Shown here: positions 11,747-21,968 of the stretch, one piece after another
Numbering within the stretch: the stretch's first letter is position 1
Layout: each line of letters opens with the position of its first letter
DNA from: Haliotis rufescens
Lineage: Eukaryota
DNA length: 64,000 nucleotides
Assembly (NCBI RefSeq): GCF_023055435.1
Contig: NW_025964223.1
Location: 49,538,001 to 49,602,000 of the forward strand
Direction: 5' to 3'
Made by a program: the position numbers and the translations under genes
Notes under the pieces: generated by a model
What the model saw: only the letters and a program-made list of their open reading frames with translations
What the model was told of the DNA's origin: nothing
Databases searched by the model: none

Positions 11747-12973
11747 TTTTTGCTGTGCGATTCCCACTTTTTTTCTTTTTCGACCATAAGGTGCACTTGC
11801 CTCATTCACATCTGATGTAATCATACACTTTTATTTCCTTGTAAATGGCCCCACTCATGCATGTCTGCTCAAAGACATAGCTGCCAGCCATGTATTCTTA
11901 CATACCTTTACAGAAAGGAATTTTCCACTATACATGTGATCATATATTCAGTTGTCAGTTCACCCAACTCGTCAACTATTCTGAAGGCATGTACGTCCTT
12001 TTCGCCACATAAAGGTGTTTGCGTGCACCGATAATTGACTATTTTACTTACTTTCTTACTTTCAAAGCATGAATATATAATATATACATGTAAAATTATA
12101 ATGTTGTTCGTGTTAAGTCTCGGCTCACATCTCTTTGCCTACACAGATAAGAAAAGGAGAAAGAGTTAGATCGTACAGAGCGCCTGTCAATAGGAGTTCA
12201 CTGGCTTGCTGCTGGAAAATGTATTTTGAAAGCTGTGAGCAAGCTGATCACTGTTGACACGCTTTAAAAATATGAAAAAAAAACGACGCGACTGTGTGAT
12301 AAACCAGCTATTTTATGTTCCCCGTTCTAGCTGATCGCTGGCAAACGTACTTTAGACTTATTAGAAAGTATTTCCATACATTTCTCTCGCCATACAACAG
12401 GTAGATGTGACATGTTGCAGGTAGGGGGCTAGGCGAAACGCACACGACCAAGGGCGCACAACTCTTGGCGCTCTATTTGAAAAGTCGTGCACAGGCGAGG
12501 CGTGTGTCGGTAAAACACCCCGTGGATGTCTGGCCTTTATCGCCGTTTTACACCTTTGAACACAACGTGCATGTGCAGCTACACACATAGGAAGTCTGCA
12601 CTCAGGATATTATATATATCAACGACACTAATCGCCTCACTTTCCAACATACACCCATTTGGGGGGTTAATAAACAAGCATAACAACAGTCATTAGTGTG
12701 AAGACACACTACCCCACCCCCCCATCCCCCCCCACACACACAATAAAATCCCTGACATACCTTTATCAACATCACCTATGTGTGTTATGTGCGTGGTGGG
12801 TGTTGCTGCCACGTTATCTCTGTTATCACGAGAACCTGCACTTTATTACTGCTAATATACATATTTATTGTTTTGTTATCAGTGTTTTCAAGTTTTCTTT
12901 TGGGGTATTTGGATGGCCCTGAAAAGGGCCTTTGGACCACAGAAATGTGGAGCGAAGGCGTGACAATGAGAGC

Positions 12974-13537
12974 TTAAGCCTTCTTTGGCTTGACTGCCTT
13001 CTTCTTGGGGGTCTTGACCTTCTTGGGTTTGGCTGCTGCCTTCTTGGGTGTCTTCGCCTTCTTGGGCTTGGCTGCAGCCTTCACCTTCTTTGGTGACTTA
13101 GCGGCCTTCTTAGCGGCTGTTTTGGGCTTCTTGGCAGCAGCTGGCTTCTTGACTTTCTTGGGGGATTTGGCAGCCTTCTTTGGTTTGGCAGCTGCCTTAG
13201 CCTTCTTGGGTTTTTCGTCTTTCTTTGCCTCGCCAAGACGGAATGATCCAGCGGCTCCAGTTCCCTTTGATTGCTTCAGTGCGCCGTTCTTGACTCCATT
13301 TTTCAAAGCAGTCTTGATGCGAGCATTGATGGCCACCTGGTTGTCACCAACCTTGTAGTTGGCCAAGATGTATTTCAGAACAGCCTGTCGGGAAGAACCA
13401 CCCCTCTCCTTCAGGGTTGAAATAGCTTTCTTGATCATCTCCAAATAGGTAGGATGTGCGGCAGCCTTCTTAGGCTTGGCAGCAGCCTTCTTCTTGGGAG
13501 TCTTGACAACAGCGGGGGCAGCAGCAGCATCAGCCAT
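12974..13537 (-). CDS. H1: Linker histone H1 (187 aa, T19A variant); promoter displaced by element A
   Basis: Intact ORF; only ~12 bp upstream of the inferred TSS remain before the LINE tail at 13610. Confidence 0.97.
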   Translation of the reverse strand: MADAAAAPAVVKTPKKKAAAKPKKAAAHPTYLEMIKKAISTLKERGGSSRQAVLKYILANYKVGDNQVAINARIKTALKNGVKNGALKQSKGTGAAGSFRLGEAKKDEKPKKAKAAAKPKKAAKSPKKVKKPAAAKKPKTAAKKAAKSPKKVKAAAKPKKAKTPKKAAAKPKKVKTPKKKAVKPKKA

Positions 13538-14123
13538 AGTGGTAAGTTTGAGTGGTAAAAATTCACGTCAGCTACGAGAGAAGCACAGAGAGCGAATGAC
13601 ACTTCCCCAGTCAGTCAGTCAGTTTCTTAGTTTTAACGACCCCTTCTAGCATAGCTAATTTCGGGGTCGGGATGGCCCCGTTCTAGTAGATAGGGAGAAT
13701 TTGAAAAATAAAGTCCTGATAATGACGTGAATAGTGGAGATATGCTAAGGTAGCCACCCAAAAAAATGTAAGGTTTTATGGGGCAGGGGAATCGGGTGGA
13801 GGGCTGGGTGGTTGGTGTGTTGGGACTTGGCGTAGCGATTTATTTGGAGTATTTATAGTTGGTTATGTTTTGTGTGGTTTGTGGAAGAATTAGAAATTAT
13901 TTGATAGTTTTCTTAAGTTGTTTTTGTGTCACGTGGGTTTTGTTAGGAAGGATAGTGGGCAGTGAGTAAATAACGATTTGGGATTTTAGGGTGTTTTTTG
14001 TGTGGTTTTTGTTGTTGTTGTTGTTGTTTTTTTGTGGGTTTTTTAAATGTCTTGGGGGAGGTGCGTTTGGTTTATATCCGTTAGGAAGTTGGATGGATGA
14101 TTGTGTCGCTTTTGTGGGTGGTG

Positions 14124-17100
14124 TTAGATTAGTTTTATGATATCTGTTTTTGTGATATAATTTATGATTGTTTTTTGTATTTGTGGGGGATTGTGGGGGG
14201 ATAGGAGTGTGTGGATAGTTTTTGTGTATTTTGCATCTAGTGTGTTGATGTACTGTATTCTGTGTGGTAAGTAGAGTGTGCACGTGTAGAATAAGTGCTG
14301 TATTGTTTGGGGAACTTGACATGTGGGGCAGAGCCCAGTGGAATGGCGAAAGTTTAATTTTGTGATGCCTACATATAGCCTGTTTAGTGCGGATTGTATA
14401 TTACGTGAGTTGCTAGAAAGATTTACTTTATTGATTTGTTTATTTATTGTTTTGTATGTCCATGTGGCGGGGGAGGTGTGCAGTTGTTTGAAGTTTTCTT
14501 GGGTTATTAGTTTATTTATGATGGATTTATATTCCTGTTTGCTGTATGTCAGTGGGTAATTAATATGTTTATTTTTTGCTGCTTGTTTGGCCGCTTGATC
14601 TGCCTTTTCGTTTCCCGTGATCCCAATATGTGAGGGTACCCATGCAATATTGATTTGTTTATTCTGTTCTGTTAATGTTTTCGTTAAGTGTAGTATTCGG
14701 TGTAGTAGATGTGGCCTGTTTGTGTAATTTCTGTTTTTAATTGATTGTATTGAGCTAAGTGAATCTGTGAGGATTAGAAGTTTGTTTTGTGTTATTGTCT
14801 CTGCCATTTTGAAGGCCATATAGATTGCTGTTTTTTCGGCGGTATGTATGGATAGGTGGTTTGGGATGCGTGCTGATGTGGTGGTTATGTTTGGTTTGGT
14901 TGTGTGTATTGCGAAGGCTGTTGTGTGGTCCGTCGGGTTGTGTGACCCGTCTGTGTAGATGTATGTCCAGTCTGGCCAGTGTTGTTGTATGTAATCCATT
15001 GCCATTATTTTTTGTTGGTGCTTGTTTGATGTTATTTTTGTGATGTTTGTTAGACCAGTGTCAGTATGAGGAGGTGGCAGGTGATATGAGTAGTCATGAA
15101 TGACAGGGGTGAGTTTTATGTTTTTAAGTTTGTATGTTTTGAGAAGGTGGTTTAGCCGAATGGTGAATGGGAGTCTTCGTCTTTTTTTGATTAGTTTGAC
15201 TTTCTGTCTTAGTGGTAGATTTTCTGTTGTTGTTATGAGGCTGCTTAACAATGGGTTTGTGCATGCTGTAGCCCAGTAGTTTAGTGTGATTTGTTTGCGT
15301 TTAAGGGGGAGAGCTATTTCCCCAGTGAGCTTTAAGAGAGATGTGAGTGCTGTGCCTGATATTGTACCTAGTGAGATTGATAGTGCTTTGTATTGTATTG
15401 AGTCTAATTTCTTGGAGTCTGTTTGTGTGAGTGCGTCGTATGCGGGTGCGGCGTATTCTAACTTGGGTCGGATGAGTGTTTTGTAGACAGTAAGTAGCGT
15501 GTGCTGGTCTGCTCCCCAGCTTGTTCCCCGTATGCTGCGCATTAAGTTAAGATCATGGTTGCATTTTGTGATGAGGTGTTTGATATGGGGTGTGTATGTT
15601 AGGTGTTGGTCGAGTATTAGGCCTAGAAATTTTGTTTGTGTGCTGTAGTTGATTTGGGAGTTATTTAGAGTTAAAGGTGGGGAGTAGTTTTGCATGTTAG
15701 GTGTTTTGAAGAGTATGGCTACTGTTTTGTCAGTATTGATTTTAAAACCCCATGTATTTGCCCATGTGTCAATATCATTGAGTTCTTGTTGGATATGTTC
15801 CTGCGCTGTACCTAGTGTTTTGTGTGAAGTCCAAAGTGATGCGTCGTCTGCAAATTTAGCTGGTTTGATTGTTGAGCGGATGTCTGTGAATATGTCATCG
15901 ATCATAAGATTGAAAAGTGTTGGAGAAAGGACACTGCCTTGAGGTGTACCGTTTTGGACGGGATGTGGGTCAGAAAGTGTGTTGTTTACTTTTACAGTTA
16001 TGGTACGATTTTTGAGAAAGTTGTGTATGAAGTTTAGCATACGTCCTTTAATATTTTTGTTTGACAATTTAGTGATTAGGCCGTCATTCCAGATCATGTC
16101 AAAGGCTTTTGAGAAATCGATGAATACAGCTAGGAGATAGTGTTTGTTAGCCTGGGCTACTCTGATGTCGTGTTCAATTCGAATGATGTGATCTAGGGTG
16201 GTTCTGTTTGGCGTGAACCCGCTCTGGTCTGCATGTAAGAGATTGTTTGAGTCTATGTGGTGTTGAAGTCTTTTCTTTATTATTGTTTCCATGATTTTGC
16301 ACATATTTGATGTGAGTGATATGGGTCTATATGATTCTGGGTTCTGTGGGGGTTTGTTTGGTTTTTTGATTGGGATTACCAGTGCTTGTTTCCATGTCGT
16401 AGGTATTTGAGCGGTATCCCAGACTGCATTGAGGAGTTTCAGTAGAAGAAGTTTTCCGTGCATGCTGAGTTTTTTTAGTAAAATATAAGTTAAGTCATCT
16501 GCTCCTGGAGCAGACGACGTGGTTTTGCTTTGGAGAGCGTGTGTCAGCTCGTGTATTGTTAAGGGTGCGTTGTAGGGTATATGGGCTTGGGGTGGTTGTG
16601 TGATGTAATCAGGTGTAGTGAGTAGTTTCTGTTGGAGTGAAGTGGGGTGGTTTGTGTTACTACTTATATGTTGGTAGTGTTGAGCTAATGTTTGCGCTTT
16701 TAATTTGTTATCAGTAAGGTTGTCTATTTTGTGGATGTGTGATGATTTTTTGGTACCGTTTATTGCCTTTAGTTTGCTCCACATGGCCTTTGAATTGTTT
16801 TTTGTTGTGTTTAAGGTACTGCAGAATTTTTCCCAGTGTTCTTTTCTCGTGTTTTTTATTAACATGTGTGTACTGTTTCGTAGTTGTTTTGCGTGTGGGA
16901 GTTCATGTGGATGGGTTTTTGCGCGTCTAAATGCTCGTTTTCTTTGTCTTCTAGCCTCTTTGATTTCTGGGGTCCACCAGGGAACTTTATTTCGTTGGGG
17001 GTTGGGGTTTGTTTTGGGGATACACTTAGTGGCTATAGTGATAATTTCTTTTGTTAATTTTTTGGAAAAGATTTCAGGGTCTGAATCTATAATTTTTAGG

Positions 17101-17933
17101 TTGTCAATTTGGTAGGTTAAGGTTTTGTATTTCTCCCAGTCTGCTTTTTTGTAGTTAAATTTTGGATCTCGTGAAGTTTGTTCTGATATATAACTTGAAC
17201 CAGTTTTGATATTTATTGAGATTGGGAAGTGATCACTACCCCATGGGTCGTCAAATACTTCCCATGTAGTTTTACTTGCCAGATTTGGGGTAGTTATTGT
17301 CAGATCTATTGCAGTGAGGAAGTTTTGGTTTTCCTGTGGGCTGTATCTGGTAGGGGATTTGTCATTTAAGATAATGAGATCATTTTGTTCTGCCCATGCG
17401 TATAGTAGATTACCAAATTTGTCTGTGTGGTCTCTAGTAGTCCAGCTATGGTGGTGCGCGTTTAAATCTCCTAACAATATAGTATTTTTTGTGATGTGCT
17501 TTGCTAGGATTTCAAGGTCTGTGTTGTCGAAAGGGTTTGTGGTTTGATGGTATATGTTTATCAGTGTTATATTAGTGTTTTCTGTCGAGATTGTGTACGC
17601 TTGTGTTTCTAAGTGAGGAGTGTCAATTGGAACTTTTTGGTAACCAAGTGTGTCGTGTATCAGTAGTGTTAGGCCACCATGTGGAGCGCTTGGATTTTTT
17701 GATGTGCGGTATTTGTTTATTGTGGTGTAATTTGGTATAGTGAATTGTTTGTTCTTTGGTATTTTAGACTCCTGAATGGCTATTATTTGTGGGTTGAGCT
17801 TATTTAGTTTTATTAGTGATTTAATTTCATGGGATTTAGATATGATGCCATTTGCATTCCACTGGATTATGTGCATGGTGAGTAGTAGCAGTAGGAGTGT
17901 GTGTATTTGCGTGTGTTTGTGGTGTCCCATCAT
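14124..17933 (-). CDS. Family A ORF2: APE endonuclease - reverse transcriptase - RNase H - CCHC zinc finger (1269 aa)
   Basis: QWNANG, IQE, GDLNAH, SDHFP (APE); YRPISLTS, DFSKAFD, GTPQGSVLSP, FADD (RT); YTDGS, AE, TDS, WVPSHIGITGNEKAD (RNase H); CPTC...H...C. Confidence 0.97.
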   Translation of the reverse strand: MMGHHKHTQIHTLLLLLLTMHIIQWNANGIISKSHEIKSLIKLNKLNPQIIAIQESKIPKNKQFTIPNYTTINKYRTSKNPSAPHGGLTLLIHDTLGYQKVPIDTPHLETQAYTISTENTNITLINIYHQTTNPFDNTDLEILAKHITKNTILLGDLNAHHHSWTTRDHTDKFGNLLYAWAEQNDLIILNDKSPTRYSPQENQNFLTAIDLTITTPNLASKTTWEVFDDPWGSDHFPISINIKTGSSYISEQTSRDPKFNYKKADWEKYKTLTYQIDNLKIIDSDPEIFSKKLTKEIITIATKCIPKTNPNPQRNKVPWWTPEIKEARRQRKRAFRRAKTHPHELPHAKQLRNSTHMLIKNTRKEHWEKFCSTLNTTKNNSKAMWSKLKAINGTKKSSHIHKIDNLTDNKLKAQTLAQHYQHISSNTNHPTSLQQKLLTTPDYITQPPQAHIPYNAPLTIHELTHALQSKTTSSAPGADDLTYILLKKLSMHGKLLLLKLLNAVWDTAQIPTTWKQALVIPIKKPNKPPQNPESYRPISLTSNMCKIMETIIKKRLQHHIDSNNLLHADQSGFTPNRTTLDHIIRIEHDIRVAQANKHYLLAVFIDFSKAFDMIWNDGLITKLSNKNIKGRMLNFIHNFLKNRTITVKVNNTLSDPHPVQNGTPQGSVLSPTLFNLMIDDIFTDIRSTIKPAKFADDASLWTSHKTLGTAQEHIQQELNDIDTWANTWGFKINTDKTVAILFKTPNMQNYSPPLTLNNSQINYSTQTKFLGLILDQHLTYTPHIKHLITKCNHDLNLMRSIRGTSWGADQHTLLTVYKTLIRPKLEYAAPAYDALTQTDSKKLDSIQYKALSISLGTISGTALTSLLKLTGEIALPLKRKQITLNYWATACTNPLLSSLITTTENLPLRQKVKLIKKRRRLPFTIRLNHLLKTYKLKNIKLTPVIHDYSYHLPPPHTDTGLTNITKITSNKHQQKIMAMDYIQQHWPDWTYIYTDGSHNPTDHTTAFAIHTTKPNITTTSARIPNHLSIHTAEKTAIYMAFKMAETITQNKLLILTDSLSSIQSIKNRNYTNRPHLLHRILHLTKTLTEQNKQINIAWVPSHIGITGNEKADQAAKQAAKNKHINYPLTYSKQEYKSIINKLITQENFKQLHTSPATWTYKTINKQINKVNLSSNSRNIQSALNRLYVGITKLNFRHSTGLCPTCQVPQTIQHLFYTCTLYLPHRIQYINTLDAKYTKTIHTLLSPHNPPQIQKTIINYITKTDIIKLI

Positions 17934-19648
17934 AGTTTGATTGATTTGACATTGTGTTTAAATTGCACTAGAGGGAGAGTGTATAGTGAGGTTTGGAGAA
18001 GATATTGGTGAATTGTTTCGATTGTGTTGTTGGGAGAGAGGGTTAGTGCAGTGATGAATTCTATGAGATTTTGTTGGATGTTTTGCAGTTTGATGATTGC
18101 ATCTTGTGCTGTGTGTACTGGTGGTGTTGTGTCTATTGAACGGAGGTTTGAGTTTGATTTAGGGGGTTTGGGGGCTACGTTTGTAGTGACTGGTGGTGGC
18201 CCTGGGTTTGGTTGTTCATGGCTGGCTGTGGTAGCTGGAGTCATGGTTTTGCCTTTTTTTTGTGTTTGCCTACGACCCCGTGACGACGCTAGACTAGCAG
18301 AGCGACCTGAGCTTGGTGCTCTTGGCTTGGGCATCCTGGGTTGGCGGCGGGGTGGTGGGTTTGGGGGTGGTGGGAGGTCGTCCTCGTTGTCATGTGAAGA
18401 TTCGTAGGATAAAGGTGGGGGGTCAAAATCCCTGTCGTACCAGTTGTATATTTTGGAGTTAGGGTTCCTTGCAGGGGCGGGGAGGTCAGATGCTGTAAGG
18501 TGTTTATTTATTGATAGGATTTGGTTTTGGCGGACTGGGCAGGTGTTTGAAAAGGCGGTATGATCATATTGGTCACAGTTTATACAGTAGGGTTGTTGAT
18601 TGCACTCAGTGCTGTTATGGAACTCGGAGCTGCATTTGGAACATCTGTCCAGGTTTTTACAATTTGATTGTGCGTGTCCAAAAAGGTGGCAGATGGTACA
18701 TTGGACTGGGTTTTTTCTCGTTTTGTGCACTTTGCAATATATTGATCCAAAAGTAATTTTGTCAGGAAGTTTGGTTCCTTTGAAAGTCAGGATGATAGTG
18801 GAAGTGTTTGTTGGGGGACCTTGTGGGTTTCGTCTGGTGATCCTTAGAAGATTAGTGATTTGAGGCTGGGTTTGGAGTTTATTTGATTCAATTACGTAAG
18901 CTTTGAGGTCGTGGTCAGACTCTGCAGGGTCGGTGTAAATGACCCCTTTTGTTTCAGAAAGCCAACGAGGAGTCTGCCACGACAGATTGATGCCATCTAT
19001 TGATGTTTGTTTCATTGCCACATTGAGGTCATATTGTAGGTTAAAGTTTATTTTGAAGGCTCTGCCGCAGCTGTTTATAAATTTGAATTTTAGATGGGCT
19101 TGCTTTAGTATAAGCCCAAATCTGTTTTTGGTGTACAGTGAAGTGAGTGGGGTGGGACCTGTATTGAATGCTAGAAGTACAAGATGTTGATTGTTGTTTG
19201 AGTTAGGTTGTGTACAACTCTGTCGTTTCTGTATCTTCGACTGCGTTTCAAGATCTTCGGGTGATTGTAGAGGGCGTTTTCCCCCAATGGCTGTGGCTGT
19301 GGCTAGGTTATTTAGTAGATTAGACTGGGAGCTGCGGGGGGTAGTCATTGAGATGCTGGGCGAAATTGGAGGGGATTTTCCGAAAGTGGGAGGGATGAGG
19401 TTAGTGGGATTACTTAGATCGAGTGGAGGGTACTGGGAACTAGTGGAGATTTTAGCGGGGGTTGAAGTGAGTGAAGGGGAAGGGGAAGTGGTGAAGGTAG
19501 ATGATAGTAGCTTACAGTCTTTTCTTGAGGGACGTTTGTCTTTCTGTTTGTCTAGGGTTGAAGTTGATATTGATGCTTGGGGTGTAGACAGCGGGCGGTC
19601 ATGTCGGTTTTCCTGCCGATCGAGTGATAGGGTCCGATTTGCCGCCAT
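17930..19648 (-). CDS. Family A ORF1, gag-like nucleic-acid-binding protein (572 aa)
   Basis: Three zinc knuckles CTICHLFGHAQSNC, CSKCSSEFHNSTEC, CINCDQYDHTAFSNTC; located upstream of ORF2. Confidence 0.93.
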   Translation of the reverse strand: MAANRTLSLDRQENRHDRPLSTPQASISTSTLDKQKDKRPSRKDCKLLSSTFTTSPSPSLTSTPAKISTSSQYPPLDLSNPTNLIPPTFGKSPPISPSISMTTPRSSQSNLLNNLATATAIGGKRPLQSPEDLETQSKIQKRQSCTQPNSNNNQHLVLLAFNTGPTPLTSLYTKNRFGLILKQAHLKFKFINSCGRAFKINFNLQYDLNVAMKQTSIDGINLSWQTPRWLSETKGVIYTDPAESDHDLKAYVIESNKLQTQPQITNLLRITRRNPQGPPTNTSTIILTFKGTKLPDKITFGSIYCKVHKTRKNPVQCTICHLFGHAQSNCKNLDRCSKCSSEFHNSTECNQQPYCINCDQYDHTAFSNTCPVRQNQILSINKHLTASDLPAPARNPNSKIYNWYDRDFDPPPLSYESSHDNEDDLPPPPNPPPRRQPRMPKPRAPSSGRSASLASSRGRRQTQKKGKTMTPATTASHEQPNPGPPPVTTNVAPKPPKSNSNLRSIDTTPPVHTAQDAIIKLQNIQQNLIEFITALTLSPNNTIETIHQYLLQTSLYTLPLVQFKHNVKSIKL

Positions 19649-19762
19649 GTTTGAAGTTCGAATGGTTGGCCTCCTTCAGCTTGATTTCAGCTGAGGCCAC
19701 CTGGCTGCGAGCGACAGGTCCGAGGGGAGGAGGGTTTCTTAAAGCAAAGCTGATTACTGCTT

Positions 19763-21968
19763 CTTACTTACTTACTTATATTAGGAGATTTTACGTGCGC
19801 TTTCCGACTGGAGCGTATTTCGCACACGGGCCCGGCCGGGCCATTTAGTGGTATAAAAGTGGTAGCGAGAGGAGTGCAACCAAGGAGGGGGGTTTAGTGG
19901 TTGCTTATATAAAGTTTTGAAATTTTGAGATTTGGAATACATGCCTTGGGGGAGTGGTTGGGACTAAGGGAGTGTGTGGGGGTGAGTTGATGTTTTTTGG
20001 ATGTTTAGTGTTGGTGGTTTAGTGAAGTTTTAAATACGGTTAATTAGTTCTGTTTTGGTTAGGTAAATGCCTAGGGCTTTGAAGTTTTCTATTTTATTTT
20101 GGGGGTTAAGGATTGCTTCTAAGGTAAGAGCGTTATTTGGATTTAGGTTGGTTTGTAATGTTGTACGTTGTGTGAGGTAGTGGGTGCAATGTAGTAGTAC
20201 GTGGTCTATTGTTTCTGGGTGAGTGCAGTGTGGGCACTTCCCGTTTGCGTGTTTTTTTAGTTTTAGAAGGTGGTTATTTAGTTTGGTGTGTCCTGTTTGG
20301 AGTTTGGTGATTATTCTATCGATTTTTTTGGAGGGATGGAGGATTTTTGGTTTGGTGAGGGGTTTTTTGAGGGTTTTTAGGATTTGGGTTTTTGTGTTTT
20401 GATAGAGGTTATGCCATTTTTGGGTGATTTTACGTTTGTTTATACTTTTGATTTCTGCTTTAGATATTGGTAGCTTAAGGCTTATGTCTGGTATTTTTAG
20501 GGATTGTTTTGCGGCTCTGTCTGCGTTTTCATTCCCGTAAATTCCTACGTGAGCTGGTATCCAGATAAGTTGTATGTTTTTGCCTGCCTCTGTTAGTTTG
20601 TTTACGCTTTTGAGAATTTGGTTTATTAATTTGGGGCGGTTTTTGGTGTTTTTGTTTTGGAGGGCCTGAAGTCCGCTTAGTGAGTCTGAGAGTATTAAGA
20701 TTTTTTTTTGGTTTTTGGTGTGATGGCTGTGGAGCGCCGTGGCGATACCCATGAGCTCTGCGGTGAATATAGATTGGTTGTTTGGGAGTCGGAAGGATTG
20801 AGTATTTTTGACTGGTTGGGCTATATGGACTCCGAAACCTGTGTGATTTGTGATCGGATCAGCGGATCCGTCTGTGTATATGTGACACCAATTTGGCCAT
20901 TTTTGATGGATGTAAGCTAGTGATGTGCTTTTAGCTAGGTTTGGGTCGGTTTGTTTGTTTATTGTGTTGGCTAGGGATGTGTCTATTTTGGGGATTTTAA
21001 GTTTTGGGGTGAATACGTTTGATTGTTTGCAGTTTTGTTGTTGGTTTCCTATTTGGTGTTCGTTATGGTAGTTTATTATTCGTTGGGATATTGGGGTGAG
21101 TAGAGGGTGTTTTCTAGTAAGTGCCTGGTTTTGGGGACGTATGTTTTGGTTTAGCATGTTTTGGAGAAGGGGGTTTGATTGAGATGCTGCCCAGAAGTTT
21201 AGTGTTAAGTGTTGTCTACGTAAATTTAGTGGCATTTCTCCTGTAAGGGCCTGAAGTGATGTGAGGGAGGTGCCATGTTGAGTACGTGTTACTAGTTTGA
21301 GGGCTTGATATTGTATTGAATCTAGTTTTTTGGTTAGGGTTTCGTTTAGGGTATCGTATATGGCACAGCCGTAGTCTAGTTTAGATCTGATTAGGGATGT
21401 GTAGAGGCTGAGGAGGGTATCTTTAGAGGCTCCCCAGTTGGAGCCGGTTAGGCATCTTAGTGTGTTTAGATCTTTGCTACATCTGGTGGTTAGGTTTTGG
21501 ACGTGAGCATCCCAGGAGAGATGCTCGTCGAAGATTAGACCTAGGAATTTAGTTTGCTTTTGAAATATGATTGGTTTATTGTTTAGTTTGAGGAGAGGGG
21601 AGGCCCGTCTCATATTTTTGTGTTTGAATACTATTCCTGTCGTTTTTTCGGAGTTTAGGGAGAAGCCCCATTTGTCTGCCCAGTTTTGTATTTTGTTTAG
21701 GGATTTTTGTAGTAAGTCCTGAGATGTTAAGATACTTTTGGAGCGGATCCATAGGGCTCCGTCATCCGCAAATTTTGAGGTGTTTATTTTGGGGGATAAG
21801 CCATCAAATAGGTCGTTTATCATTATGTTAAAAAGTGTGGGGCTAAGAATGCTGCCTTGAGGGGTGCCGTTTTCCAGGGGACACTGCTCTGACAAGGCCT
21901 GGTCTATACCCACTGTAATTTTGCGGTTTTGGAGGAAGCTTTGGATGTAGTTTACGATTTGACCTTTA
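19763..21968 (-). mobile_element. 5'-truncated LINE family B copy (B') nested in the 5' UTR of element A
   Basis: (TAAG)4 tail at 19763-19778; TSD TTACTGCTTCTT at 19754-19765 and 21966-21977; truncated within the RT domain. Confidence 0.94.
20030..21967 (-). pseudogene. Family B ORF2 3' fragment (C-terminal RT, complete RNase H, CCHC)
   Basis: KGQIV...GTPQGSILSP...FADD...YTDGS...WIPAHVGIYGNENAD...CPHC; lacks APE and the N-terminal RT. Confidence 0.9.

Noticed and set aside
13897-14322. 141-aa minus-strand ORF at the A 3' end, and many plus-strand ORFs inside the LINEs
   Set aside because: Low-complexity by-products of the strong strand bias, overlapping ORF2 or the 3' UTR.
19829-19842. Palindrome GGCCCGGCCGGGCC in the B 3' UTR resembling the histone stem-loop stem
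   Set aside because: It shares GGCCC/GGGCC but lacks the sixth pair, the U-rich loop and the flanking bases that SLBP needs.
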